Assembly (NCBI RefSeq): GCF_006345805.1
Contig: NC_043011.1
Span: forward strand, 59,036,464 to 59,100,463
Direction: 5' to 3'
DNA from: Octopus sinensis
Lineage: Eukaryota
Length of the DNA: 64,000 nucleotides
Shown here: positions 26,215-40,399 of the stretch, piece by piece
Layout of the letters: the number at the start of each line of letters is the position of its first letter
Numbering within the stretch: position 1 is the first letter of the stretch
Program-made: the position numbers and the translations under genes
Notes under the pieces: model-generated
What the model was told of the DNA's origin: nothing
Seen by the model: only the letters and a program-made list of their open reading frames with translations
Databases searched by the model: none

Positions 26215-26350
26215 ACAGACAGACAGATAATAGATAGATATATAGATAGGTAGATGGATGGATAGATAGATAGATAGATAGATAGGTAAATAGATAGATG
26301 GATGGATAAATAGATAGATAGATAGATGGATAGATAGACAGATAGTGAGA
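26215..26350. repeat. (GATA/GATG/GACA)n microsatellite
   Basis: Directly visible. Confidence 0.9.
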
Positions 26351-26759
26351 CAGATTAGCATGACATACATGGATATGTGTGTGTTTGTATGTATTTTTCT
26401 CATTTGAAGAGCAAAAATCACATATACTTTACTAATCACATACTCCTTCACATCAACGTGTATTTATATGTGGCCGCGTGTGTGTGTGTGAATGTGTGTG
26501 AGTGTGTGTGTGAGCGTGTATATCTGCACATGTGTGTGAGTTTATTGTTACCAATCTGAAGATGATTATGAGCAACTGAACCTAAGGAAATCTGTTTAAA
26601 TATCACGCGTTTGATTGGATGCTGAAAAACGGTTGGACGTTATTAATTAAAGACAGGCAAGCAGTATGAAGAAAAAGGAAATGTAAGAAACATTGAGAAA
26701 AGTGATATAAAAATGCTATTTCCATATGCAAAACGGAAATAAATGTGTAATATGTATGC

Positions 26760-26808
<49 letters not shown>

Positions 26809-27233
26809 AATTGCGTGTGTAGATTTATATTTCCATACAAATATATTAAAGAAATTCAAGATGTGGAAAGTACATTTTAAAAAATATATTATAAAAATAA
26901 TATGAAACTTGGAAGTAGAATAATGGGATAGGTGAATGGTTCGATTTCAAGAAGAGAGTTTCATTTAGGCAGGCATTGTTTACTAATCCGGAAAGGAAAT
27001 TGGGACATCATACCGACCATATATCTATTTCCGTTTACAAACGCCATCATGTGTTCCCCGTATTCCCTATTGGTCTCTAAATTATTATAATGACATGAAA
27101 GAGTATTTTAAGAATTATGTTGAGCATTATTCGAAGTTTCTCAAAAATTCACAACTTCGATCTAAAAATTGCAATTCAAGAAGCTAATGAAATATTTCTC
27201 ATTTTTAAATACAAACATCGATCAAGATATGCG

Positions 27234-27307
<74 letters not shown>

Positions 27308-27315
27308 TGTGTATC

Positions 27316-27625
27316 TGTTTTCGACTTTCTTCTCTGCATTCAAGAGACCACTTCTTCTTTCTCTATCGCTATCCATCTTCTCAAAATTGTTCTGTTCTAC
27401 GGTCTGCATCTGACAGCACCAATAGGGCACTCTTGTTTCAGAACACTGCGAATATATTCCTCTTTGGTGATTTTAATATTCACCATGGTGAGTGGCTTAT
27501 GGTTTCTCATAGCAGCAGTGCATCTGACATTGAAGTGTGTAATTTTACACTCTCTCAAGCGCTCACACAAGCTATTGACTTTCCTAATCGCTTTCCTGAT
27601 CGCGATGACCAATCATCATCAAGTT
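27316..27625 (+). mobile_element. LINE apurinic endonuclease (APE) domain fragment, CR1/L2/Jockey type
   Basis: FLYRYPSS..IFLFGDFNIHHGEWL..LSQALTQAIDFPNRFPDR matches the APE motifs YRSP, GDFN and LTQ.V.FPTR. Confidence 0.85.
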
Positions 27626-28071
27626 ATTCTATTATATTCTATTAATGACGGGGTGCCACGACAAGTTGTCCTGGATCCAACTCTCTTCTTTTTATCTCCT
27701 CGTTTATATATACATATAATTACGTTTTTATTATTTTTTTTTGCAATTTACTTAATCATTCATATTTTATTGTTATTTTAATTTTAATATTTCTATTATA
27801 TGTAATTTAATCGTTCATATTGAATTGATAAAAGGTGTTTTTTTTCCAATTATTTATATATATATTTTATTGTGTAAAATTTGATTTAGTATTTCTAAAT
27901 TGAATTTTTTTTCCCTGTAAGTTTGGATTTATATTCCCTCAAATAATTATTATATATATATATATATATAAATTTATAAATGAGGGTGAAAAATTTTATA
28001 TTAATTTAATAATACCATCAATTTAACACCAAGTGGCTTAGCACATAAAAACCAGGGAGACCATACAAATT

Positions 28072-28688
28072 TATACATAAATATAAGAGAGTGACCACTA
28101 TGTGGTGAACTCTAGTGCTAAAAATACTGGTATAGCCATTAAAAGTTGTTTCCAAGAAGAAATAACATTACATTTAACGTAAGGAAAGTGAAATATAACG
28201 AAAAAATAGATTAACCCTGAACAATTGTTTCATTATTAGTGTAATATGCAATTTTACTTACACAACATCTATAAATCATCGGCAGAGGTTTCTCTTAAAT
28301 ACAATTTATTAGACCTTCACGAGCGTCAAATATACATGTGGTGTAATCGATTGTATTCGTAGTTATGATTCAAATTCCCCCGCCAAAAACATGATAAAAC
28401 TCACTGGAAGCGAATACCACACGTGTATTTGACGCTCATGAAGGTTTAATAAATTGTATTTAAGACAAACCTCTGCCGATGATTTATAGATGTTGTGTAG
28501 GTAAAATTGCATATTACATTAATAATGAAACAATTGTTCAGGGTTAATCTAGTTTTTCGTTATATTTCACTTCCTTACGTTAAATGTAATGTTATTTCTT
28601 CTAGAAAACAACTTTTAGTGGCTATACCAGTAACGGAGCTATTTTTAGCACTAGAGTTAACCACATAGTGGTCACTCTCTTCTATTTA

Positions 28689-28694
<6 letters not shown>
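28072..28694. mobile_element. Foldback/MITE-like element with ~270-bp inverted arms
   Basis: 28072-28342 is the reverse complement of ~28416-28694. Identity is roughly 95% by eye, plus one ~10-bp indel, with a ~70-bp spacer and TA-rich flanks. Confidence 0.9.
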
Positions 28695-28732
<38 letters not shown>

Positions 28733-31639
28733 CATATCTATTTGGAATAATACACATATATACCATTATGCCTATAAAATGGATGTATGAACTCAATACC
28801 CATACATATCTTACATATATTTTCTTTCTTCCACCTCACTCTCTATTTATATCACATCGAAATGTGATGAAGGGATATTATTATTAATTAATATCCTAGA
28901 AACAGCTGTAAGACCTTCTATCTATAAATGCTCTAATATCTATACAGCCTTGGTTTTTTTCATCGCATTACGCAAAATTTCATATATATATATAATATAT
29001 TTATTTATTTATATAAAGAAAGCATTTTAATATTCTGGCTAGTGATAAAGCTATTTTGAAAAATGTTATCCTTATATTAGAAGTAAATCTATATATATAT
29101 ATATTTATATATTTGTCACTTCATGCATTCAGGAAATCATGCATTCAAGGTTACACACATTTTTTATTTAGGAGGCATTATGCAAAAGGATACGGAAAAG
29201 TAATCCAAAATTTGAGATAGACTAAGAATATTGTTGTTTTATCATACACGCTTATCATCTATATCGGAAGAATTTATTCTCTTCTCCATTTGGGATTTAG
29301 TACCTTTTGTGTGCGGCTAACGGGATTTCATTCGGCTAATGGGAACGTGAGATTTGAAAACTATCCAGAATGAAAGTACGATTTCTACTACAGGCCAACA
29401 TGGCCGTTTGAGTAATTGAGAAAACATGAGACGTAAAATAACAGTGGAGAGCATAACCGGGAAGATAAATAAATAGAGAAAAACACACCAATACGCACCA
29501 CCGATAAACACACGCACGCACATACACACACACCGGTATAAACATATTGATAAATAAACAAACAAATATATCTGTGAGTGTCTCTATGTGCAGAGGCGCA
29601 CGACTCTGTCCATGCATTCTATATATATATGTAGTTGTATGAATGTGTGTCCTTGCAATATGTGCATTTATATATACATATATCTGTATGTATATGTGTG
29701 AGTGCATATATATCTATATATATATATATATGAATGCAGCTGTATAATGTATATATATATATATATATATGAATGCAGTAATAATTCATATATTATGTAT
29801 ATATGTATATGTATATATAAAAGTATGTATACGTGTATGTTTGTATATATAGACACATATTTATATACGTATATATATATATACACATACATGCTTAAAC
29901 GCATTCATACACAAACACACATACATACACATGCATACACACGTATATCTATATACGCTTGTTTAATGCCGTGATGCATATTAGGATTTATATGAAATAA
30001 GCTTAATCCACACACCCTCCCCCACCGCCTATCTGCATTTCTCTACAAGAAAATTGATTTTATGTCAAAGCAAATTGAAGAGGGGCAAACATTTATTTTC
30101 ACATCCAGTGTTTCACTAAAATCCAGTTGCACCAAACACTGTAAAGGAAAAATCAGAGATAAATATCACGTTTTTCAAGAGCATGTATCCAAGATGAATA
30201 TTCTGGTTAAGCGTGAAAATTGAAGATCCTTCAAGACAATCATTACTCACCTCACACTTGCCTAAAAATTAAGTGATAACGATTTTGCTTAGATATTCAA
30301 ATTCATGGACTGCATTCTACACTTGCTTTGATATGTTATTTGTATGCTATGTTTGTGTCATATCCTTTGCGATGGCATAAACCTGATATTAACCGGATAA
30401 TAATCTCAGTCATTTCATTCTTGTAAGCCAGAAAATAAATTAAGCAATCAAGTGTATGAAGTAATTTGAATATAAGATCATTTAAAAATAGTACATCGGC
30501 ATCGTTTGAAGATAATTATGTTTCATGTTCTGAGACTTACAGTTTTTAATAAAAAAAAAAAAAATCTTACTGAATGCAACTTAATCTATTGAATAGGTAC
30601 GGAGCGGGTAGCTAAAAACATTCACATCGGTTAGCAAGTTAGAACGAAAAGCACATAGTATTGATGTTCTGAACGGAGACATTGCATCTATATTCTCTAT
30701 TTGTTGTTGCATGTTTCAAATCCCTGATAACATCTCTAACGCCTTCTTTTGGGGCCGACTTTCTTCAAAAGTGTTTGTTATACCGATTTCCAGAACAAAC
30801 ATACTTACAGAAAAATAGAATCGCATTTAATATTTCCATGGTTATTTATGATCTGTTTTACGTTTTGTATATCACTATTAAATAAGTAACATTTACTATC
30901 ATATTTTCCTGATAAATTAGCATATTTATCTCTTTTACCTTGAAGATGTAATCTATATCTCGATCTTGACGAAGTGGAACTGCATGAAATACAAAACAAT
31001 AACTACAGAAATCTAGTTGAATGTTGCAACGTATATTTCGTATCGAATATTTAATCAGGAACTGTCTGTCAATTACCTAAGAAACCTCGCCATGTACCTA
31101 CTGAGTTATAGTTTACTAATATACCTTTCATTAAGAGGAAGTCTAGCGAAAATTAGTGTTTTCGAGTTTATATTTGTTTGCTTTTAATGTCTTGTGTGTC
31201 TCTAACATTGAAATATTTAACTTGAGGTCATTCTACTTTCTCTTTCGACATCGCTATTGATTAAACATTTACGGTCGTACTCAATACTAACTTTATATTT
31301 CCGCTACTGGCTCTCACGTTTTTTTATAATATTCTCTAGAAAATTCTAATGGTTGCCACAATACTGATACAACATGTTCATAATGGACAATTGATTTATT
31401 ATGTAAAAATTCCTTTCTATTTTACTTCGTGGCAACTTTCTCAAGTTTGGCGTTATTTGTTTGAAACAGCGACCATCGTAAAATGATTTAATGCAGCACC
31501 GTTTGTCCATTGATGGACGATTTGTTAATGTGATTTGTTTTTATCTTTACAATCAAGCGCTAACTTTTCTTTTGGCTAAATTCCATTTCTTATTCTTGTA
31601 AAAATGTAGTAACCGGATCAAGTTCCCTCATACACATGC

Positions 31640-31675
31640 ACACTTAGATACATACATACACACATACACGTACAC

Positions 31676-31722
<47 letters not shown>

Positions 31723-31728
31723 TGTCAG

Positions 31729-31767
<39 letters not shown>

Positions 31768-31797
31768 TTGTGTCTCCCTCTCTCTCTCTCTCTATAC

Positions 31798-31856
<59 letters not shown>
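31640..31856. repeat. Compound (CA)n(TA)n(TG)n(CT)n(TA)n microsatellite
   Basis: Directly visible. Confidence 0.95.
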
Positions 31857-31857
<1 letters not shown>

Positions 31858-32310
31858 TAAGTATATTGGAAGCATAATTTATGGTAAAATGTATTTCAAT
31901 GCCAGGTTTTTTTTCACTTGACATCATAAATCGTTGAAGAATTATTGATATTAATATAACCGGAAATTCTATATAATTGCAACAATCTGTTAAATTACCA
32001 AAAATGATGGTTTTTGTTTATTTTATTTACATTTAATATAAAAAACATACGGTAAATATCATTTAAGTCCTGTACCATTTACAGAAAATTTTCTCATCTA
32101 TTAGCGATGATGTATTTCTAAAATGTTCTGTGTATATGTTTGGGATATCATTTGTTCACATCACTTTAACTCTTACCACATTATTCTCTGTGTAGGTCTC
32201 TATTTTTTAAGAGATGAATATACTAATAAATTAACTAGTTTCGTTACTTCCATTGTTTTCCATCTTAAACACGTTTTTCCTATTGATTTATTTCTGTGTT
32301 TTCGAATCTA

Positions 32311-32650
32311 GGAAGGAATTACAACCGTGTTCCGTGGTCTGCTACCACAACAGCTCCTTTATAGGATCCAGTTAGCTCAAGACAACATCAGGAGGAACCA
32401 CGTCCGGTTTCGGCCCCCACTCCTCTACCGTTTTGACGTGGTGGGGACCTCCCCTTTCGGAGGTGTCTTCAGCTCTGGTGTTGGGTGCATGTCTTCTTTC
32501 TTCTTCTTTCTTCTGTTCCCTGGCCTCTTCGACGTATATTCAGCAAGTGTCAGCCGGTGACTGACTGACTTGTCAAATTTTTCCTTCAAATACCTGCCTC
32601 AGCCTCCAGCAGGCATCCCCATAAAGTTGTCACGTGACACTGTCTCACCT
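32311..32650. other. Unassigned GC-rich island with coding-like frames
   Basis: Minus-strand frame 32425-32598 reads GRYLKEKFDKSVSHRLTLAEYTSKRPGNRRKKKKEDMHPTPELKTPPKGEVPTTSKR*. No family is recognised. Confidence 0.3.
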
Positions 32651-33397
32651 TAACTGACTAGTGAAGGCGCGTAGTATTATTTGAACTTTTTACAATTCAA
32701 CATTTCAATCTGTACTGTGAGAGGACCGTAACTATTTTTGACATAAATGTTAACCTGTAGGTAATCAGTCATTACTTGTTTAAGCAACGTATCTATACCA
32801 ATAGGTTCATATCTATCAGACATGCTATCAAGCGATTTGGGGGAAAAAAGAAATTTTAATGCTTAAACTACAATATTTCCTCTCGTGTTCATGTAATATA
32901 GAGACATTTCAACTAAAATTGAGTTTGAGAAATGTATCTTCATTACCCTTACGGATAGTAAGAACGTCCGTCGTTAAATGTTTAAATTCATTGAAAGTTA
33001 CCAGGCATAGATAACTGCAACAATTTAAGAGGGTTAACCCTTGGTATTAAGGCAGATCACAGACTAAGGAATATTAACTTATTATTTTTGTTGTATCTTT
33101 TCAAAGGCACATTATGTACTATAATTTTGTCTATACAAAAAGGGTGACTAATGATTCCGTGAGGTGTATAGTGCAAAGTCTGTAATATATAAAAAATATA
33201 TGAAAAAAATCGATTATCAATATAACTGCTTTCGAATTTATAATTAAGTTTAACTTTAACAGCGATTCTGAGAATAATAGATGCGGGATGCAACGAAATA
33301 TTACTTAGGTTAAATAAAAGACTGAATTAGATCAGAGAACTGAATTAGATCAGAAGGGCTTTAGTAGCAGTGCCACTGTCGCAATGTTGGCCATGAT

Positions 33398-33602
33398 GTG
33401 AGCTGGCAGAAACGTTAGAACGCCGGGCGAAATGCTTAAATGCATTTTGTCTGTCTTCACGTTCTGAGTTCAAATTCCACCTAGGCCGACTTTGCCTTTC
33501 ATCATTTCGGGGTCGATAAATTAAGTACCAGTTGCGTACTTGTGTCGATCTAATCGGTCCCCTCTCCAAAAACTTTGGCCTTGTGCCATTGGTAGAAAAG
33601 AA
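33398..33602 (+). mobile_element. SINE family 1 monomer
   Basis: GAGCTGGCAGAAACGTTAG..GAGTTCAAATTCC..GCCTTTCATCATTTCGGGGTCGATAAATTAAGTACCAG. Confidence 0.9.
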
Positions 33603-35625
33603 GAGAATGTTTGCCATGAGGACTTGCCTATTTCTGCGACTCTAAAAGCTAGCATGCGTTGCTCGTTCTAAGACGATGGGTCCATAATAGGTGCAGCTAA
33701 ATTATGAGAGGCATTCCACTTGAAGTTCCTCATGGTGACAGATCAGGACATAGAATTCCATAAGCCATAATGGTCACATGATATCTGTTTGCTATTTGCA
33801 AACATATATGTGTGCTTTAACCAATCATGCGCCCAAGTGGATTAAGTGGGAAAAAATGAAAGCATATCTTACAAGGATTTCTAAACCTTTACATGAAGAA
33901 GTAATTCTCTGTAATAATCATACAACTGTTCGCGAAACGGGTAAATTGCTATGACATGACTGAAAGTGAACATTTAACTTGGAAAGCCGGATGAAATCAT
34001 TTCTATTTCCTTTTTTTCCTTCAGAATTTTCTTCCACAGAATTCAGGTTTTGTAAATAAAGTTGTGAATAATCCCAGCTACAACTCTATATTTTCATTTC
34101 ATTATTCATTTTCTGTATTCCTTAAGCAGATGTTCGAATCAATAAAATTCTATAATTTCTTTTGTCAGGTTTATGAAATATCTTGTTAGATATATGTTTT
34201 AGCCTTATCGGAGATGGAAGTTGTCTTTGTTATTGGTTTTTGTGTACGTCACGTGACAATAATAAAGGAAATGCATCTCGTGATTTTGTTAGGCATTCAC
34301 ATTACTATTCAACTAACTAAAACGCTCCGTATTTCCGTTTTCAAACATTTCAGTAAATTGCCTAAGATATTGTATTCATCATATTCCAAAGTTTTTTCAG
34401 TATAAAACTAACTTCAAACTATTGTAAAATTGAAATGGATTTCAATAATATGATATGGTAATTCCTGAAATATAATGTGATTCCAGAGTCATCAAATTTA
34501 CAAATTTGCACCATCAAACATAGTTGATAAAATCGAATTTCAATCTATATCACAGGAAAGCGTTTTATTTACTGCCGTAAAGCTGCAATACAATATTCAT
34601 ATCAAAGTGCATATATGCGCGCATATACTCAATCGTTAAAGAACACTGGTCGGCGAGTGATTTCATTTTATGTAAAACTAGAATGGTAATTAATCTATGA
34701 ATATTTATGAGATTTGTCACTTTTTTTCTTTCATAAATTAACAGATTAGAACAGAATTTTCTTAAACTATCCTTTTATGAGATTTAATCTTATGTAGTAA
34801 AGAACATAATTTGAGGAGAAAATAAACAGCAAATATTTATATTTGAAGAGTTATCTGTGAACAATTATATTTCTGAAGAAAAATAATGTTCATAAAAGGT
34901 TCTCCTACTACTTGCTTTTGGAAATGATATGAAAAATAATAATTATGCAAGAAAACATAAAATAGATTATTTTTTTTAAGATGAAATGCCATTTAGTCAA
35001 TAGTTTTATTAAAGCAGCGTTAAATCCATAACACCTCATGCTAAATCTGGAATGTTTGCATCCATACAGAGAATTGGTCTTCTTATATTTCTGAATTTCA
35101 AAAGGGTTTATTGAGAGGATATGGATAGGTATGCGATGCCTTTTCAAGGAATCGAGTAATTTATTTCGGTATTCATTGAATACATTAGGAAGTGGATTCT
35201 TCGGAAATCGCTATTTACCTAACGCAGAACGTAAAATGTTTCCTCGATAAATAGTTTTAATATAAAGATTTCTGAGTTTGACTTCAATATAACACGTGAT
35301 GGCCAATCATGGACATAACCACGGAACAGTGTATTTTCAGAAATGTGTAACTTAAGATGCATAATTAGTATGTATGTATACATGTATGTTGCAGGCCAAG
35401 CCTTCCGAGTTCTTTTACAGGGTTTAGAAAAAATGAAGTACCACTGCAATAGGTGTGTAAATCTGAAAGGCGGATATGTTGAATAAAATCGTGATTAACT
35501 GATCCTCCTGTGTTTTCTTATAACCAAAGCAAGGATTGTTTCAGCATCCCCCATATCTATGTGCGTGTGTACCATTGTATGAAGACATGTACGTATGTCT
35601 GTAAATGTGTGTGTGTGTGTGCATG

Positions 35626-35656
<31 letters not shown>

Positions 35657-37096
35657 GTGTGTGTACATGTGTTCCTCTTTGTGTGCAAGAGAGCAGTGCA
35701 AACTGTGCTTGTATAAATATCAGAAACTACGGCTCCGTAAGGAAAAAAAGAGGATAGCTGAAATACAGTAAGACATCTGTCACAAAGCCTACCTCTCTGT
35801 GTTTCCAGCATTTCAATGAAGACCAACAATATTATATTACTGCTATCATGTTGACGTAGTGCGCCATTATATAAACAATATTTTTGGTCTTTTAATGTTT
35901 CAGCTAACGAAACGAGATGAAGAATATATTTTGTAATTAACTATTATCTCATTTCTGTATCATCAACGTTCAGTGAACTGCAAATATGGTAAACAGAGTG
36001 ATAAATCGGTTGATAGAGATAAAATATATAAAAATTTTCAAAGAATTATATATCCTATAATTTATTAAGATGTACCTAAGAATGGAAAACACGTTTTCTT
36101 ACTTATGAAGATGTCACGGTGTCTCGGTCTGCTGCACAGAGACAAGGTCTGAAACACTTAAAACAATACAATAGTAGGATATAATAATAAATTGACTTGG
36201 TATTTGTTATGCAAATGGGGAACACTAAAACTCTGAAGTGAAGCATCATATTTATTGGTGAATAATTAATGAAATTGCTGCTCTTTAACACAAAATCAAC
36301 GCTCTTTGAAGAAAGCAATGATCAAAGATATTCCAGCGGTAACCATCTTAATTTTAAAGGTTATCGAAATTATTTTATCTAACGTTATAGTTCTCAAATT
36401 TGTTGATTTTGGAGATCAAAGGAAACAATCGGAGATGCATTTCAAATGGAAAGTTCAACAAAAACAGAATTACCATTTAATATCTAATAAACTATGTTTT
36501 ATGAATCATACATGTCCATAACAAAATTATGAATAACAGAGTTTTCAAAATTCTGAAGCGTCACCATTAATTTTATAGAGCCTATTACTATTTTTAAATA
36601 CACAAGGAGTTTACATATATTTCCAGGGGAGCCAATGCAGCGTTGCTATATTTAAATTATTTTAATCAGGCATTAGGTTCGCTTTAAGATATCTACAAGG
36701 GGGCCTTTATGGAATCGGTTTTCATCGTATTTTGGTACAATAACCAATCTTTAGATGGCGAAGATAATGTGAAGTGATGCGATATAGAATGAGTCGTTTT
36801 TTTACTCATAAGAGCCATGAAAATCTTTCGAAGGACACAATTATATATTGCAAGTGGTAAAGAATTACCTCATAGGCCGGAACAAGTACTAACTGGATCA
36901 TTGCATCTCTGGTTCTGTGTGTGAAAACCAAGTGTCTAAATCACCCTGTGGAACAAGTAGTCCATGAAGTCTATAATGTTTCTGGTACTGTCATCGATAT
37001 TAACAGCCTTTCGGCCTATAATTCAGTAAAATATATGTAGAGGAGAACACAGGTGTTCACGCGCATTATAACACAAACACATGCACACGCGCATAA

Positions 37097-37130
<34 letters not shown>

Positions 37131-37204
37131 GGATAGAGAAGGAGAAAAGACAAGAAGATTAACAGAAGGATTAAGAGATTTACCGATGTACTGATTGATG
37201 TTAA

Positions 37205-37350
<146 letters not shown>

Positions 37351-37404
37351 TTATACGCATACAGACACACTCACAAGTACATATAGGGGTCTTCTTTTCC
37401 TTGT

Positions 37405-37515
37405 AATTATGTTTGAACCCCCCCCCCCGCTTGACGACCGCTATATTTTTTTTTATGTCTACCGACTCCTTTATTTGTCGGTTCGGTTAAAATCAACGGC
37501 CGAAATAAGTACCTG
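37405..37515 (+). mobile_element. Degraded SINE family 2 3' module
   Basis: CCCCGCTTGACGACCG..CGGTTCGG..AATAAGTAC. Confidence 0.55.
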
Positions 37516-39716
37516 ACTTCGAAAATGCGAAACCAATGAGACCGGGATATCAGGTTAGACCTTCAAGCCTATGTGTCCCAGATTAGGTGCAGTCTAATGA
37601 CTAGGATAAGCTGAAACGAAATTTGTCACAAGTCAACCTTGAAAAGGTTTCATTGCGACTCTTGTTTAGATCACGATTAACAATCGAGATAATCCTGTGT
37701 ACTTTCAGGTGTGAACAATAAAACGTGTAAGATTAACTTCGCATGAAAATCTTCTGTGTGAGTCCTGTTTATGATTTTATATATCTTTCCGTACAGACGT
37801 TAAAATTTTGCTGAGTCCTTCAACTAGAATGTACACTATTTGTTCGCGATTCTAGAATTGATTTAGGTAATGTGGGCCCTACAGAAAACGAATCAATATT
37901 TAGTGACCCCACCGAAGAAATTGGTCAAACAAAATGCCAATCAAAAACAACAGGCAAAAGAAAGAATAGAACAGTTATCGATTTAGAACATTGAAAGAAT
38001 GGGTAGTTATAAGTTATGAAACCTCTTGGAGAAAATCCAGCATTATTAAAATGTGGCGATGAAAACAGGAATTAAGTGTCAAGCAGGAAGATAAATATTT
38101 TCTCTTAAGTTCATTAATAACCGATGGAATCTCAATAAAAAGCATTCTCCTTTTCTCAAAATTTCATACTTTGGATAATAAAAAGCAAATATTAAAATAA
38201 TATTTTGTTTTCTTTTGCTCGGTATCCAAAATCTCTGAGGATATTCTATAAAGCAATCTATCAAATTTATAAAACTGTGGGAAATAACTAGCCAACCGCT
38301 ATAAAGACATTATTGCAACAAAATAAGATTCCTCTCTGTCAAAGGATTTATAAATTAGAATCTTGCACAGTTTTCGTTTGAATTTTATGGCAATATTTTA
38401 GAAAAATATATTAGTTTAGTCTGTCATATAATAACATCTACTTCGCTGTTATTAAAACATTGGATGCGGTGGCTGGTTATGTGTAGATTTTTATGGTGGA
38501 GGTTCCAGGGGCGGTTCTGATAGAAAAGTGTAGCCGCTCATCAAATATAATGCATGATCTAACTGTAATCAGAATATCGTAAATCGATAATTTTACTCGT
38601 AGGATTCTTAGAAAGTATCTGGAGGAGAAAGCTTGAGTGAGTCTATGAAAGTGCATAACACTAGAATTAATTTGATCATCTTTATGAGGATGAAAGGGAC
38701 TGTTGCCTCTCCAGGGACATGAAATCAGTAATATGATACAATGAAACCGAATTTATCTCGACATGCGCTCTGGTTTGTTTTTAGTAGTGTTAGATGGAGA
38801 TAACTCTTTACATTTGGTGTTTAGAGAAGCGGTGCGTGTGTTTCTTTATATGTCGCATATAAATCATAGAACGTAGCATGAATTTCCTTCGTTGGTTTGG
38901 TTGTTGCTGAAACTTGGGTTAAGACCTTTCGGGGTGCTGCTACCATCAGATGGTTTCTAGCAGTAACTACTCACTGATGTCTGCATGCATACCGTATCCA
39001 GGATCAAAGTATCCAATATACCCCAAGCGTGTGACGATAGGTCATGATAACGTTGATATTTGATATTTCCGGTTCATTTTCTTACCATGGAAAGGCCTCA
39101 GGGTGTTCCCACTGGGGCATATGTAGAAGTAAACAACGATAGAAAGATGAAAATAGAGAAAGAATAAAAACAAAGAAAGAGAGAAAGAAAAACAAAAAGA
39201 AAGAATATATATATGATACAAGAGTGAGGAAGAGATAAGCAGACTGCACGTAGGGTTTGATTAATGTTTTCTGGTTTCTGCTGCACATTTATCAATTGAT
39301 AATAGAGTTTTATGTTACGCTCGCTGCCAAAATATTAAGTAAAAATATCTCATATTAAATAAATTGTGATTAACCCTTTACTATATCTCACTTATATTTT
39401 GGTGTAAACCGTTATAAGATTTAGAATGAAATAAATATTACACAAGTGAAACCAGGAAATATTAAGGAGAGAAAAAGGAAATAGTTTGTGCAACGAGGAA
39501 ATGGTCATTTCTCAATATGATTATTGTCAGATATATACCAGTTCTATGTGAACATGAAATCCTAAACTAACCAGCACAATAACAGAACTTTATTACTACG
39601 ATGCATTTCGTTAATGTTTTATTGAAAGATTCTCAGTTTAGTAGAGAAGACAAAATGGCAATAACAACGTCAGTTGTATGTCAGCATACAACATACATCC
39701 ATGTGCTTGAATAAAG

Positions 39717-39867
39717 CGGGCTTCTTTCAGCTACTAAGTCCACTCACAAGGCTTTGGTCAGAAAGAACACATTTGTCCAAGGTGCAACGAAGTGGGAACG
39801 AACCCCGACCCATGAGATTCGGAAGGAAGCATTTTACCTACTTTTTTTTTAACCACGCCTGCGCTTG
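39717..39867 (-). mobile_element. SINE family 2 head and body
   Basis: GGGCTTCTTTCAG..CCACTCACAAGGCTTTGGTC..CCAAGGTGC. Confidence 0.8.
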
Positions 39868-40399
39868 CAGACTAGCATTATTGCGCAAACGCACACATAT
39901 GTGTGTGTTTGTATGTATATGTGTATGTATATGTGTATATATGTCTGTCAAAGTATGTCTAGTTATGCATGTGTGTGTGTGTGTGTGTGTTTATGATTTC
40001 AATTGCAAGCAAAACTTGCTATTGTGTATCATTATGTTGTTAATCCTTCCGCCGTTTACACACTGACAGGCGAAAGGATTTTCTCAGACATCTCACGCTT
40101 TAATGTCATGTAGCATCATGACAGCAGGAAGGAGATTACTGCGTACCAGCATAGGGCGGTTACTACTCGTTTCCGCCGGGTCTACTACAGCAGCTTCTAA
40201 ATGAAGTGGCATGTTGAAAGATCCACCGGGTCCAACATTAACTCATAACTTATCCAAAACTTAAACTACTCGCACTAAAACACATACAAAACAGGCACAC
40301 ATGTTTCTGTGTTCGTGATACTGAGTGTTGGAGGCGGTGGGAATGGATAGACATGTAATTTATAGTTCGCAACTGAAATATCTATATTAATAGAATTGG

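Noticed and set aside
26553-26620. CTGAAGA..ACGCGT hammerhead-like remnant
   Set aside because: The GAA of the core is missing and stem I is out of register; too degraded to support.
32440-32475. Minus-strand CTGAAGA-CACCTCC-GAAA
   Set aside because: No stem II closing pair, no U16.1/NUH triplet and no stem I; a chance match.
33321-33354. Small tandem duplications (also ~51589-51620 and ~62980-63005)
   Set aside because: Single 14-18-bp slippage duplications with no sign of function.
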